Positions 1-13,795 of a stretch of DNA of 64,000 bases are shown one piece after another; position 1 is the stretch's first letter, and every line of letters starts with the position of its first letter. The notes under the pieces were generated by a model. That model was not told the DNA's origin and made no database searches. It saw only the letters and a list, made by a program, of their open reading frames with translations. A program made the position numbers and the translations under genes. This stretch comes from Octopus vulgaris. Its lineage: Eukaryota. The stretch spans positions 68,572,001 to 68,636,000 of the forward strand of contig OX597826.1 in NCBI GenBank assembly GCA_951406725.2, in the 5' to 3' direction.

Positions 1-1235
1 TTCTAAGAATATCCATTGATTCTCTGAAATGATCTATTACCTTTCAAACCGTCACATATCAGCGTGTTAGTTCGGAGGATTTTGGTACGTGAGTTAGTTA
101 CAAAATTCAATGGTACCATTTTTGGTATTTTATTTTTATTTTTGAAAAATAACATTTGACAAGCAGTCTTCCATAATTTCTTCTCATAGAATAAAGCATC
201 GTAGAATATCAAATTTGTTAAGTAGAATGTGATGCCTTTTTAATACTTTCCTTCTGTCACAACCTTTCGTGTTCAATTCAAATGCTGCGAACTTTCTGCT
301 GTTCTTGCTTGTCTCAAAATCCGGTCTAATAATATAGAATCGTGTGATGTCTTTCCTACTTCATTAAAATAACTTAATGGATACCGCGATGCTTTTAATG
401 TTCAAATGAATCTCTGGACTGCTCAGAATTCATTCAGTGATTTCACTCCTAATGATTCATTCATTTTGTTCTAAATTTACAAACTATTTATCTTTCCTTT
501 CCTTTCATTTCATTTATCATCGTATTAATAATCTATCTACATTCATTTACCAAATTCTCCGTCTTTGCTTATTTTGTTATCTTCCGCTTCGTCACCTCGT
601 GAACTATTGTCTGTTCACCTCAGCTAACGGCGTAATCCAATTGCAAACTGTACGCCTTAACAACTGGAATATTAAGGAAGAACTTACTAAATTGTTTCAC
701 ACAAGTTGTAGCTTATGGATTATTTGCTATGCACACAATTTTATTGATTTGATGGAGGTAACGAAAGAATTGCGGGAGTGGTTGTTCAATGTATTAGAAA
801 GAACAGGTAAATCATCTTTAAATGACACAGTAGCGACTTAAAAAAGTAGGCCACATCCAGATTAGATGAGGAGATCCTACCTACATTCAACCTAGAGAGG
901 ATAAAAAATATTCATGGTTGAATTGTCCTTGCACATAACTGACGTCAATAAAAGGCTGACCAAAAGCTTAGCATCCACGATAAACTGGAGTGATTTAGAA
1001 AATGCGGCCCAAGATACACTGTACCTGACAAAATATTGAGATATTTCGAGCTAAAATATAGTTGCTAGGAGTTCGTTTTGATTAGGGTTAATCAACAACA
1101 AGATTGAATGAATAAAAAAATCGCTGTCTTGAGGACAAACTGTAAGGCTAGTTTTCTTCATCGTTTTCTGACTACAAGACACTAAGAATCTCATAGACAT
1201 TATTTTCATCTACAGAATAAGCCATATGAGCGTGT

Positions 1236-1396
1236 ACTTACACACACACACACGCACATACACACACACACACACATATATATATATTTATATATATGCT
1301 TGTATGTATGCATATATATATATGTGCATGTATGTATGTGTGTGTGTCTCTCTCACTCTGTATATATATATATAAATATCTACTATCTCTAAATGA

Positions 1397-1433
<37 letters not shown>

Positions 1434-1455
1434 GTATATATATATATATATATAC

Positions 1456-1503
<48 letters not shown>

Positions 1504-1512
1504 GTATATATA
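1236..1512. repeat. Compound (CA)n/(TA)n microsatellite
   Basis: Dinucleotide runs read directly; source of the poly-YI ORFs. Confidence 0.95.
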
Positions 1513-1714
1513 CGTTGCAGCCGGTTTTTCAAACTGAGCGGTTGTAAACTCTATTTGGCTCTTTTCTTTTTACCTTCTCTATGTCTCTGCTACCTGACGA
1601 ATGATTGAATCCGAAACGTTAGATATTCTACTCCTCACTGTACTCCTTTAACTTTTTCTATATTTTATCAAGTCTTACCGACGCAAAACTACTAGATTAT
1701 TTTTGGATTATATA

Positions 1715-1942
1715 TACATTTCAAAATGTAACCACATGTGGATCGTTGCCAATTTTTTCCATCCGTCTTCTTTTTGTCTTGGACTTTCCTCCGTCACCTG
1801 TTTCCGACGAAGAGCTTTGCTCGAAACGTAAAACTACCTTTCTTTCCTTCCCTGAGCCTCTGCTAATACTTTTCATGTACCACGTACTCGCGTTGTTGTT
1901 TTTTCTTGTATAGTTTGTTCTTCGTTTGTTTTGGATTATATA
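1715..1942 (+). mobile_element. Short TA-embedded non-autonomous element (family A) with hammerhead-like motif
   Basis: Homologous to the reverse complement of 38540-38760 (GACGAAGAGC..GCTCGAAACGT, CCTGAGC, CTCGCGTTGTTG); bounded by TA repeats. Confidence 0.6.
1800..1834 (+). ncRNA. Minimal type I hammerhead-like motif, U4C core variant
   Basis: GTTT-CCGACGA-A-GAGC(TTT)GCTC-GAAAC-GTA|AAAC: stem I GTTT/AAAC, stem II GAGC/GCTC, palindromic ACGT stem III. Confidence 0.45.
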
Positions 1943-1945
1943 TAT

Positions 1946-2132
1946 AGGGAGAATTCATGATAAACACAAAAGAAGAAGACAGGTGGTGTAGAAAACAAAC
2001 AGATGTATTAGTATAACCGCCCAAGAATTGAAAAAGTCTTTTACGTTTCGGGCCTACCCTCTTCCACAGAAATGAACACAGAAAGAAACAAGGAGAGAAA
2101 TAGATATGTGTAGTGGCTACCGATCTATCATG
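1946..2132 (-). mobile_element. Short TA-embedded element (family B) with degenerate hammerhead-like motif
   Basis: Homologous copies at 25690-25875 and, truncated, 45783-45890 (AAGACAGGTGGTGTAG..AAACAGATGTATTAGTATA). Confidence 0.6.
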
Positions 2133-2709
2133 AGTGTGTGTAATCTTTGTGTCCAAGTTTGTGCCATATGAGCGGTTCGGCAAAAAAGAAAAGAATAGAA
2201 CAAGTACTGGGGTCAATTCATGTGTTTAAATATTCTTCAGCATGGTGCCCAAGCATGGCCGCAGTTTAACGACAGAAAAAAGCGATAGAGATAAAAGAAA
2301 TATACGTAAACTTAAATAGAACCTATCTCTCGTGTATACGAAACTCGTTCTGCTTTTGCGGAAGAGGCCAGCAATAACTCTTAAGATTACAGTCAAATAT
2401 GTAAACTTGTAGTGTTTTGATGAGATGGTCATGATGGATTGTCTCAAAAAATCATGTTGTCTTAATATCGTTGAACATGTTAGCTTCTTCCGATTTTAAT
2501 GTTCAATATTTTCTTTTTCTGAAGATAGTAGTGGCGGTGGCGGTAATGGTGATGGGGATGGTGGCGTAAGGTTGGCGGAGATATCTTTCACTATCACTTT
2601 ATTAATAAAGAGTTGATCAATTGTTCATCTCTCGTGGGTTTTGCTAAATATATTCTTTCTGTTCTACAAGGATTATATCAGATTGGTATAGCAAAATATA
2701 ACCAAAGGA

Positions 2710-3345
2710 GAAAACACAGAGAATAAAGAAAGAGATGGCGAGAGAGAGGGGGGAGAGACAAAGAAAAAAAGAGAGAGGGTGTGAGTAGTGAGAGATAGAG
2801 AGAGAGATACAAAGGCTGAGGTCTAGAGAGAGTCAGAGAGAAAGAGAAACAGTGGGCGATAAAGAGGGAAAGAGTGAAAGACACAGAGAGAAAAAGAGAT
2901 TGAGTGAGATGGAGATAGAGACAGAGGGTAATAAAGAGAGACAGAGAGAGACATTGAAAGGGTGACTTAGTGGGAGGGAATGTGAGAGAATGAAGGAATA
3001 TGAGAGAGAGAGAGAAAAACAGAGATAATAAAGAGAGAGAGAGAGATATTGAAAGGGTGCGAAAGAGAGAGGGAATGTGTGGAAGAACGAGGGAAAGTGT
3101 GAGTGGGTTTGAATTAGAAATGGTGAACCAGATTGGAAAATACTTAAGAGACATAGAACAATATAAGGAAAGGAGAAAGAGAGATAGAAAAGAAGTGAGA
3201 AGAAAGCGAGATTCAATAAAGGAGAGAAAGCGAGAGAGCGAGAAAGAGGTGAGGGAAACGACATTGAAAAAAGGGTTGAGCGATAAACGAATATTTTGCA
3301 AGAACAGCAAAAGATATTTTCGAAAAGAGAGAGGAAAATGGAATG
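2710..3345. repeat. GA-rich low-complexity tract
   Basis: Degenerate (GA)n; gives Ser/Leu-rich and Arg/Glu-rich spurious ORFs. Confidence 0.85.
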
Positions 3346-3374
3346 ATTTATAGATACAAGACATAAATTAATAC

Positions 3375-3741
3375 TTTCTACTATAGGCACAAGATCTGGA
3401 ATTTGTGTGGAGGGGACTAGTGGATTGCATCGACCCCAGTGTTTCACTGGTACTTAAAATATCGACGTCGAAAGGATAAAAGGCAAAGTTGACCTCGGGG
3501 GAATTTGAACACGGAATATAGCGATGGTCAAAATACTTATTTCTTTACTGCCCACAAGGGGCTAAACACAGAGAGGACAAACAAGGACAGACAAAAGGAT
3601 TAAGTCGATTACATCGACTCGAGTGCGTAACTGGTACTTAATTTATCGACCCCGAAAGGATGAAAGGCAAAGTCGACCTCGACAGACGAAATACCGCTAA
3701 GCATTTCGCCCGGCGTGGTAACGTTTCTGCCAGCTCGACGC
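3375..3741 (-). mobile_element. tRNA-derived SINE family 1, composite copy
   Basis: Reverse complement of GAGCTGGCAGAAACGTTA..GAGGTCGACTTTGCCTTTCATCCTTTCGGGGTCGATAAATTAAGTACC, shared with more than 10 other copies in the window. Confidence 0.85.
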
Positions 3742-4011
3742 TTTGATACAGTAGATGAGTTAATGACAGAGTGAGAGTGTGTGAATAAGAGAAAAGGAGA
3801 GGGAGAAGGAGAGAGGAAGAGAGAGAGGGAGAGGACAAGAAAGGGAGAATAGGAGCGAACAAGAAACGATGGACATACAGATAGATAGATAGATACATAG
3901 ATAGAGAGAGAGAGAGAGAAAGAGAGAAACAAAGAGAGAATAGTTGAGGGTAAGATACGATGGATAAATAGACATAGAAGCATATACATGTGTGTCTGTG
4001 TGTCTGTGTGG

Positions 4012-4045
<34 letters not shown>

Positions 4046-5071
4046 TATTGTGCGTTTGGAATGAGTTCTCATCGCTAGCTGGTTATTTTCACAAAGTCTT
4101 GACAGGTTACTACTCAGAAACCCGGGTCTGGAGATGGAAGGGATGACCTCCCCTCGCAAATATTAATCAGACACAGACAGTGTGTCGTTAACCAGCTGGA
4201 GGACATGTACTCCTGAGGCTATAAAGAACAGTAGCATCGTTCTGTAAGGGACCGTCACATTTAGTTGGCAAATATACTTCATGTTATATATATATGTAAA
4301 TATAAATATAAATATGTGTGTGTGTGTGTGTGCATGTGTGTGTATTGGTAGATAGTATAGACAGACTAATGGACTGATTGACAGAGAGAAGGAGAGAGAG
4401 AAAAAGAGAATAGTGGAAAGCGCAATGAAGCAGCGATAGAAACAGACCTAAGGGGAGGGAAAGAGAAGAAGAACAAAAGAAAAAAATATTAAGAAATTGA
4501 AGTATATAAGGAATGAGAAGAATTTATAGCGAGAAGTGTGAGAATAAGAATGATTTCTTATACAGATATATGGTTTCAAATTTGGAGAATGAAGACAATT
4601 ATATTGATTCTATGTAATGGTGCGACCAAAACCTCAGATCACAGTTCTTTTTTCAAATTTTCAATGATTTCGAATGTGCATAGCATGAGTATACGATAAC
4701 AATAAGGGGCATACCCTGTGACAAAACGATACAAGAGAGAAAAATGGCTACGTGAAAACACTATTCATCAGTGTGTGAACAAGCAAATAAAATATGGTGA
4801 GATTTTTTCAGCCTCGAACCGAAATTGATCGGTCATTTGTATTCTCCAACCGGAAAAAGGCAGAAAAGGAAGTTGGTTTCAACAGGATTTGAACACAGAA
4901 GTTAGAGATTTGGGAGAAATATCATAATGCACTTTCCACATGGTTCTAGCGATTAACACAAACTCCTTCAAGATATGTGTGTATATAGTAAGAGACAGAG
5001 GCAGAGTGAAATAGAGAAAAAAATACACACACACACATCTATATATGTGTGTCACTGCATATTTATATGGT

Positions 5072-5530
<459 letters not shown>

Positions 5531-5544
5531 ACACGTATGTATGT

Positions 5545-5990
5545 CTATATTTCGCCCGGGCTGTGTGATCGCCAATGGTGTTAATGTGTTTGAGTTGAAT
5601 CACACACTAAACGCACAACTGATACAATCGAGCTGCACGACATATGGAAGCTATAGAACCAGTTGCAGAAAAGGGTTCAAAGCAGACCCTAATATACAAA
5701 GTCTGTGATCGTGTGCGTCTTTCAAAAGCGAAATTAATTAGCCATGAGCGACGTCATATTACTCAGAATGTTGAACAACGTAGAATATCCGGTTGATTTT
5801 GCATGCGGCTTGTGCAACAAACTGTGTTGTTCTGCGGAAGGGTTAAAAGCCGATTTCAAAGAATGCCACCTGAATGAACAAATTCCTGCAGATAAGCAGA
5901 AATGTTGCAAATAAAACAAGGGTTGGAAATCACTTTCTCTCGGCTGCATTAGTGACAAGTAAACTTGTCAATATGTGCAGCCAATGTCTA
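5545..5990 (+). pseudogene. Degenerate C2H2-like zinc-finger remnants, probably the 3' end of an RTE-type LINE
   Basis: Manual translation gives CDRVRLSKAKLISHERRH and FACGLCNKLCCSAEGLK, with stops and frameshifts. Confidence 0.4.
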
Positions 5991-7319
5991 GGAAATGGTA
6001 TTACTATCTGTGGATGAATGTGTTTCTCCGTGTGTGCGTGTGTGTGTGTGTGCATTCATATGTATTCTAAGGTCAGCGACTCACAAATGACTAAAGCCCG
6101 GTATTAATATGTACCATGCCTTCGCTAAAGAATTTGGAAGCCCATGTTATCATGAGTAGCAAATACAGTTACCATTCTCGTTTCACCGATACTTGATCCG
6201 TCAGATCATCGAGTATATTGAACATGTATGGGGATGAGCATACATCAGTTCCAATCTGGTATTTTATTCATTAACCCCAGAAAGATAATTGAAAGCGAAG
6301 TTTTGAATTCAGATCCCAAGCAGCCGGAAACTGTTACTTACGCATGACGGTATGGCTATATGTATGTTTAATTGTTTAAGGTCCTCTGTGACACGTCTTC
6401 ACTGTATCAATGTTTAACAGCCGTATCCGATTAGTCCCATTTCAATGCACTGAAACTGCGGTAATTGCTAAATATTCAGAGCTAATGAAGGGATATTTTT
6501 TCTTTTATTCAGCCTTATATATATTCTCATATATTGCCTAATTTCTCCTATGTATATATATGTATATTTGTATAAATTAATGTACGGTCACGTGCGAGTA
6601 CAACTATCCCATACATTAAAAGGTAGACGGAGTTCACCAGTTGTAATGAAACAATAGAAGGGATCTGACGAGGTCTTGTAAGTGGTTTCTTTCTGCAACA
6701 TACAGACAGGGCTCGGATATACTGGTGCTGCAAATATGGGGGATATACATTCTATTACTGAAATTGCTGAAACGGCCAGTATGTGGCGGGGTTTAGAACG
6801 GGCTGACCAGTTGTCAGCTACTATTGGGATCCCAACTTGGACTTGATTAATCCCGAGTGAGCGAGAATTTTCCGGTATTGAAACCCCACTGAGATCTGAG
6901 AAACATCACTGATAAATATACTCCTGAGCATCTGCATGATATATTTTAAAGCCAAAACTATCTTCGCCTCTATGTCTAGAGGTTTGTGTTTCCACAACCC
7001 CACCAGTATTGGCTTGGCTTCGTCTCCGTAACCTAGCATTTTGGAAGAAGACATCGCTAAAATAAGTGTCTCGCTTTAAAAAAAAATACGAACTGGTATC
7101 GATTTGGGTGATTAAAACTTTCAATACTATGCCTCGGTATGACTGCAGATCAATGAGGAAAACAAGTTAAAGATGAAACATGAAAGATACATATTCTCTG
7201 TGTTGCGGATTGCGTTCTCTCGATTTTATCCCAAAGTCACCCCACCTCTCTCCCTCTTTCCCCCCTCCTTCTCTCTTATTCCCTCTCTCTCTCACTATAT
7301 ATATATATATATATATATA

Positions 7320-7358
<39 letters not shown>

Positions 7359-7413
7359 TATAAAGACATGTGTACGTGGGAATATACTTATGTATATACA
7401 CATTTATATATAA

Positions 7414-7481
<68 letters not shown>

Positions 7482-7683
7482 AAGGATATATATATGTGTG
7501 TGTAAGGATATATGTGTATGTGAGTATATATATATATGCATCTATATATACATTTATATGTATATATGTACAGACACATACGCAGAGATAGAGGGAGGGA
7601 AAGGGTGATACATCAAGTGATATATGTGTAGAAAAAGTACATCGATAGATGCAGAAGTATATTAGAGAAATAGAGGGAGAGAT

Positions 7684-7715
<32 letters not shown>

Positions 7716-7877
7716 GGAATGAGGAATCGTAGTATGGAGCATTGTACGTGATGTATTGAATATTTCCAAGAATCAATCAAGAGATGTAGTTATCGGAATT
7801 GCGAGCTATTCAAGTTTCGATAACTCCACTGAAAGACTCACATCAGAATCATTTGATAGGAGACTGGATGCAGACGT

Positions 7878-8295
<418 letters not shown>

Positions 8296-8644
8296 CATAG
8301 TCTAGTTTCACGAGGTCATCACCTCTGAGTATGGTAATTGAAATAGCCGAATAACCTGGACACAGCAATGACAACAACAACAAGAAATGCAAAATCAAGA
8401 ATACCAATGACAATTACAACGATGTAAAAATATTTGTAGAAAGAATAGCATAAATGCAAAAAAAAAAAATAATAATAGAGAGAAAAAAAACATCAGCCAC
8501 GGTATTATTAAGCACAGTAATAGTGATGAGTCTTGTATTAGCCGCATGGTTACAAACATTAGGGGACACAGCAAGAATGGAGCAGAATAGAAAAATTTAC
8601 GTGAAGTTAAATAAAGGTAAATGAAGCTGACGCCAGAAACAATG

Positions 8645-9420
8645 GGCGCAGGCATGGTAGTGAGTGGAAGCAGCTTGCTTTGAAGCCGCATGGTTTCGGG
8701 TTTAGTCGATCAGCAGGCGCTTACCTTGGGTAAGTGGCTGCTGTTAAAAACACAGGCTCAGTGACTTGTACCTGAATGTGGTAGACGGAAATCGTGGGGA
8801 ATCTTGTTGTGTATATGCGCACGTGACTTTGTGCTTGTATTTTGTTATGTCTCCGTAACTTAGTGACGCGCATGTGTCTGTGTTTGCGTTTGGTTATGTC
8901 CTCTTAACTTCGTGAAGTTCATGGGCTTTTGTGTTTGTGTTTGGTTAGGTCCCCTTGACGTAGTGACACGAATGTGTCTTTGTCTTTGCGTTTGGCTATG
9001 TCCTCTTAACTTAGTGAAGTTCATGGGCCTTTGTGTTTGTGTTTGGTTAGGTCCCCTTGACGTAGTGACGCTCATGGGCCTTTGTGTTTGCGTTTTGTTA
9101 GGTCCCCTTGACGTAGTGACGCTCATTTGCCTTTGTCTTTGTTGGGTTATGTCCTCTAAACCTAGTGACGCGCACGAGTCTTTGTGTTTATGTTTATATA
9201 TGTTCTCTTAACTTAGTGACGTGCATGAGCCTCTGTGTTTGTGCTTGGTTATGTCATCGTAACTTAGGGTTTAAGCAAAAGAGATCGCTGGAATAAGTAC
9301 CAGACTTATAAGATGGGAATTGAATGTGTTTTTTTTTTTTTTTGCTCTTTTGTACTTTACTATACCCTTCCGCGTGTTGCCACAGGATACCCGCATTTCA
9401 ATGACTGAAACAAGCAAAAG
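8645..9420 (+). mobile_element. Old SINE family 2 copy interrupted by a minisatellite
   Basis: Head GGCGCAGGCATGG..CCTTGGGTAAGTG..GGTAGACGGAAA; tail GCAAAAGAGATCG..GAATAAGTAC..ATGACTGAAACAAG. Confidence 0.65.
8857..9268. repeat. About 51-bp minisatellite, about 8 units
   Basis: Unit AACTTAGTGACGCGCATGGGCCTTTGTGTTTGTGTTTGGTTATGTCCTCTT-like; 17-aa periodicity in ORF 8860..9126. Confidence 0.9.
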
Positions 9421-10912
9421 ATGGCAGAAAAGCATAACTATTAAATGCAGGAAACATCACTTAGAGTGACCAGAGGACAGTTCCATGCGATGTCCCACTT
9501 TATTCTGCTGTATCAAAGATATCACACGTACCATCTCCGAGTTTCTTTCCTTTTGCAGAAGAAAGGCATTATCTGGGTAACTCGTTTGAACGTCATTAAT
9601 CTTGCTGCTCTCACCCGCCTCCCGGAAGCTCACTAGAAATGGGCACCCTCTTCTCAAACATATTTCCTTTTAAACGCAATATGAAGTTGGGCTTAGCCAG
9701 AGAAAAACTTTTAAGTACATTCACTACAAACTCTCTCAATATAGGCGCCAGGGAGTAGAAGGCTAGCGACGCTGTTTGTTATATACATTGGTTTTCGATA
9801 TTTAACTCATAATCGGAATTGTCCGAAATGTGACGACAGTTGTTCGGCTGTTACTCTTGCTAGGTCTCTTCTTTCAGCTGTTGGTGTTGTTACTGCTGTT
9901 GCTAGTGTTGCTGGTGTATATGCAACGTCGGCCATTTACTAGACTCAGAAGCACATTTGGTGATTTATAGTAACACATGTACAGCATCAGTGTTATCTTC
10001 ATTTGACTCTACGCCTAAACAGCTGTCTCCTTTAATAGCTCGACTGTAACAGGAATGCCCTCTGGCATGTCGGACTGTGTCTGGATCAACAGCACTTGAC
10101 CTATCATTATTCACATCCTTTCTCAAATGCTGGATCCTTATGATATTAGATTCGCCTGCATTGTATGAAAGAACTGATATCAGACATTTAATGCTTATTG
10201 CTCATGGCACACTCACTAAACATATCTTTGTCATATGTTCGTGTAAGAACAAAATCTTAACTCTTGAACATAGAAAGGGTCATGTAGATATTTGATCTTC
10301 ATTTTCATTGATGCAGTTTTATTGTTAATATTGTTGTTAGTGTTATTGTTTTTTTCCTTGACTCTAACAGAGTCGAAAAATATATTAGACGCTGCTGTTG
10401 TTACAAGCTTCATTCTTATCTCTTTTGCTGAACGTAGTGACAAAGCAGAGACGTTAAAGAGTTGGAATAAACGCTTTGTGATACTTGTCCTGGATATTTC
10501 GTATCTGAGTTGAAATCCCACCACTGTAAACTTAGCCATGAATAGTTGATGGAATAATGTACCAGACAAATTACGGGGGGGGGGTGTCGTCGACATTCTC
10601 TTCTTAAAATAGTTGTCCATATCCTTAAATGAGAAACTCTTAAAAGCAGTGAGCAATCACAATCGTTACAGCATTGGATAAAATTATTCTGAGGTATTTC
10701 TTCGGTTTCTTTACGCTTTTACTACAGGGTCACCTTCGAATGTCGTCCTTTGGGGTCGGAAATAAATTAACTGTCAGATGATGAGGTCAATATTTTTAAG
10801 TAACCCATTTTTCTAAAAAAACTGTTGACCATGTGTCTTAGTTAGAAACCTTTATTTCTTGTTACGAGTTTGCTATAGTAAATTGTAGTGTTAATATTAC
10901 ATTCAAAGAAAT

Positions 10913-11312
10913 GGTGGCGAGCTGGCAGAAGCGTTAGCACGCCGGGCGAAATGCTTAGCGTTATTTCTTCTGCCGCTACGTTCTGAGTTCAAATTCCGCC
11001 GAGATCGACTTTGCCTTTCATCCTTTCGTGGTCGATTAAATAACTACCAGTTACGCACTGGGGTCGATATAATCGACTTAATCTGTTTGTCTGTCCTTGT
11101 TTGTCCCCTCTGTGTTTAGCCCCTTGTGGGTAGTAAAGAAATAGGTATTTCGTCTGTCTTTACGTTCTGAATTCAAATTCCGCCGAGGTCGACTTCGTCT
11201 TTCAGCCGTTCGGGATCGTTAAATCAGGTACCAGTTGTCTACTGGAGGCAATTCGATCGACTGCCCCCTCCCCGAAAAGTTCAGGCCCTGTGTCTTGAGT
11301 AGAACAGAATAT
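10913..11312 (+). mobile_element. SINE family 1 with duplicated body
   Basis: GGCGAGCTGGCAGAA head, B-box-like GAGTTCAAATTCC, central GTCGACTTTGCCTTTCATCC block present twice. Confidence 0.9.
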
Positions 11313-12218
11313 TGCATTCAAAGGTCGACAATTTTAGGGAGAGTTTTATCAGAAACTATACTGAAGTCAGAATTTTATTGGTACTTCATTTTAACGATTC
11401 CTGATTTGTGGTTGATCGCAAAATATTATTTTGTACAGGTGTCGTATTTGTTTATAGTCATATTTTCGCTTTTCACTATCAAATTCTCTCTGTTGGTTGA
11501 TTTCTTTATTGTATCCGGTTTTGCTTCGGTGCATTCTGTCTCATGTCACAAAATTTCATTTTATCGTATTTTCTATAGCAGTGTATCCATTATTTAAAAA
11601 TATTTATTCGATTTTTATTCATGATTCCGTTGATTATTTTTCTTCTTCCCACTGCATTTAATTTACAGTTCTGCGGCAATCGGCATTGGTACGCAAGCCG
11701 CTTGCCTCCCTTATATTACTGCATTTTCAGAGACTCTTTATTGACGGCAATTCAAACATGTCTTCAAAATGAATTCATTGTGATGTATGCAATATGTTGT
11801 TTACCTCGAACAAAGCATATTTGCTGCAAAATTATGTTATTATTTTCTGCCGTACATTGAATCATTTGTTAGAATCCTTAACAATCGAGATGCACTGGTT
11901 ATGGCTCAGTTTATGTGCATATTTATATCACACATTTTTCCGAATGTTATTCAATAAAGACTTTGATTTCCTTAGGTATATTGCAGTACGATTTCTTAAC
12001 TCGTTTGCAAAATCCTGTGTACGTTCCGCATTTACATTCAATGCATTTAATATTGTATTTTCTTTATTGTAATACAGTTGTCGCACGGAAATAATTTGAT
12101 TGAATTACCTTTGATTAGCATGGATTTGACCTAATAATATTAATCTATCTATTGGCTGAGGGCTGGGGGCTGGGCCTTTCTAAAAATCTGCGCATTTACT
12201 TCATAAACGGTGTGATGT

Positions 12219-13014
12219 TGTGGTTTTGTACAGCTGTAATTAGTGTTCATGTCGTTTGGGTACAGAATTGTATACACACCAGTCACACACACGCAATTAC
12301 ACAGACTCACACACGAGTACACTTAAATATACATATGTATATATGTACGCATATATATATATATATTTGTATTTTGTGTATAGTAGATATCGATCAGTGC
12401 ACATATAAAATGATCTTACTCCACTTGTTTCTGGCTACCGTATGTTACTCTCAAACTTCAAAGTTAGCTATATGGGATTCTTATGTATGCTGTACTCCGT
12501 TTTAATAACGAGAAATGCTCCACGGATGGGGTTTTAATATTTTTATTAATGCGTTGCTACATATGTTTCGGCATGACATTGAGGTCATGCATATTATGAG
12601 TAATCTATTATATAAAATCCTATTGATATCATGAGGTAGTCCCATACAAATGTCATACCGAAACATATGTAGCAACGCATTAATAAAAATATTAAAACCC
12701 CATCCGTGGAGCATTTCTCGTTATTAAAACGGAGTACAGCATACATAAGAATCCCATAGAGCTAACTTTGAAGTTTGGGAGTAACATACGGTAGCCAGGA
12801 ACAAGTGGAGTAAGATCATTTTATATGTGCACTGATCGATATCTACCATACACAAAATACAAATATATATATATATATATATGCGTACATATATACATAT
12901 GTATATTTAAGTGTACTCGTGTGTGAGTCTGTGTAATTGCGTGTGTGTGACTGGTGTGTATACCATTCTGTACCCAAACGACATGAACACTAATAACAGC
13001 TGTACAAAACCACA
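12219..13014. repeat. Long inverted repeat, about 360-bp arms with 68-bp spacer
   Basis: 12219-12580 is the reverse complement of 12649-13014 with a few substitutions. Confidence 0.95.
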
Positions 13015-13380
13015 TTTTCCCAAAATTTCGTGCCTTGAGCCTAGAGTAGAAAAGAACTATTTACTATTATACACTCTGCGTTAACTAAGAACATGCGGGT
13101 GAATTTGGCAGACGGAAGGTGTGAGGAAGCCTGTCGAATATATACAAATGTGTTTGAGTGTGTGTCTTTGTGTCTGTCGTTGTCTGATCAGCGAAAAACC
13201 GCTTACCCAACAGTGTTGGTTTGTTTACGTCATCGTAATTTAACGGTTCAATAAAAGAAGTGCCTGATTTCCAAAATGAGCCCTTTATTTCGACTCCGGC
13301 TATACACTTCGATGGGTTACCCCAGTATGGCCACGTTTCAATGCCTGACACAAGTAAGAGATAAAAGCTAAAAGGTAGGA

Positions 13381-13795
13381 GGCGTAGGAGTGGCTGTGTG
13401 GTAAGAAGCTTGCCTGCCAACCCCATGGTTCCGGGTTCAGTCCCACTGCGTAGCACCATGGGATTGTGTCTTCTACTATAGCCTCGGGCCGACCAAAGCC
13501 TTGTGAGTGGATTCGGTAGACGGAAACTGAAAGAAGCCCGTCGTATATATGCATATATGTATATATGTGTGTATATGTTTGTGTGTCTGTGTTTATCCCT
13601 CCAACATCACATGACAACCGATGCTGGTGTGTTTACGTGTCCGTAACTTAGCGGTTCGGCAAAAGGGACCGATAGAATAAGTAACTAGGCTTACAAAGAA
13701 TAAGTCCTGGGGGTCGATTTGCTCGACGAAAGGCGGTGCTCCAGCATGGCCGCAGTCAAATGACTGAAACAAGTAAAAGAGAGAAAGAGAGAAAG
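13381..13795 (+). mobile_element. tRNA-derived SINE family 2 (CORE-like), near full length
   Basis: Head GGCGTAGGAGTGGCTGTGTGGTAAG (A box), GGTTCAGTCCC (B box), tail GGCGGTGCTCCAGCATGGCCGCAGTCAAATGACTGAAACAAGTAAAAGA. Confidence 0.9.

Noticed and set aside
1-1200. Possible decayed transposon coding sequence
   Set aside because: No motif could be assigned with confidence by manual translation.
6664-6690. CTGACGAG hammerhead core-like word (similar words at 57340 and 58401)
   Set aside because: No stem II followed by GAAA..UH; the 58401 word is just the YADD codons of the LINE.
8857-9268. Regularly spaced repeats resembling a CRISPR array
   Set aside because: Units are contiguous with no unique spacers, there are no cas genes, and the context is eukaryotic.
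11400-12100. Weak GIY-YIG-like peptide on the minus strand (KYNIKCIECKCGTYTG)
   Set aside because: Too degenerate to call without a profile search.
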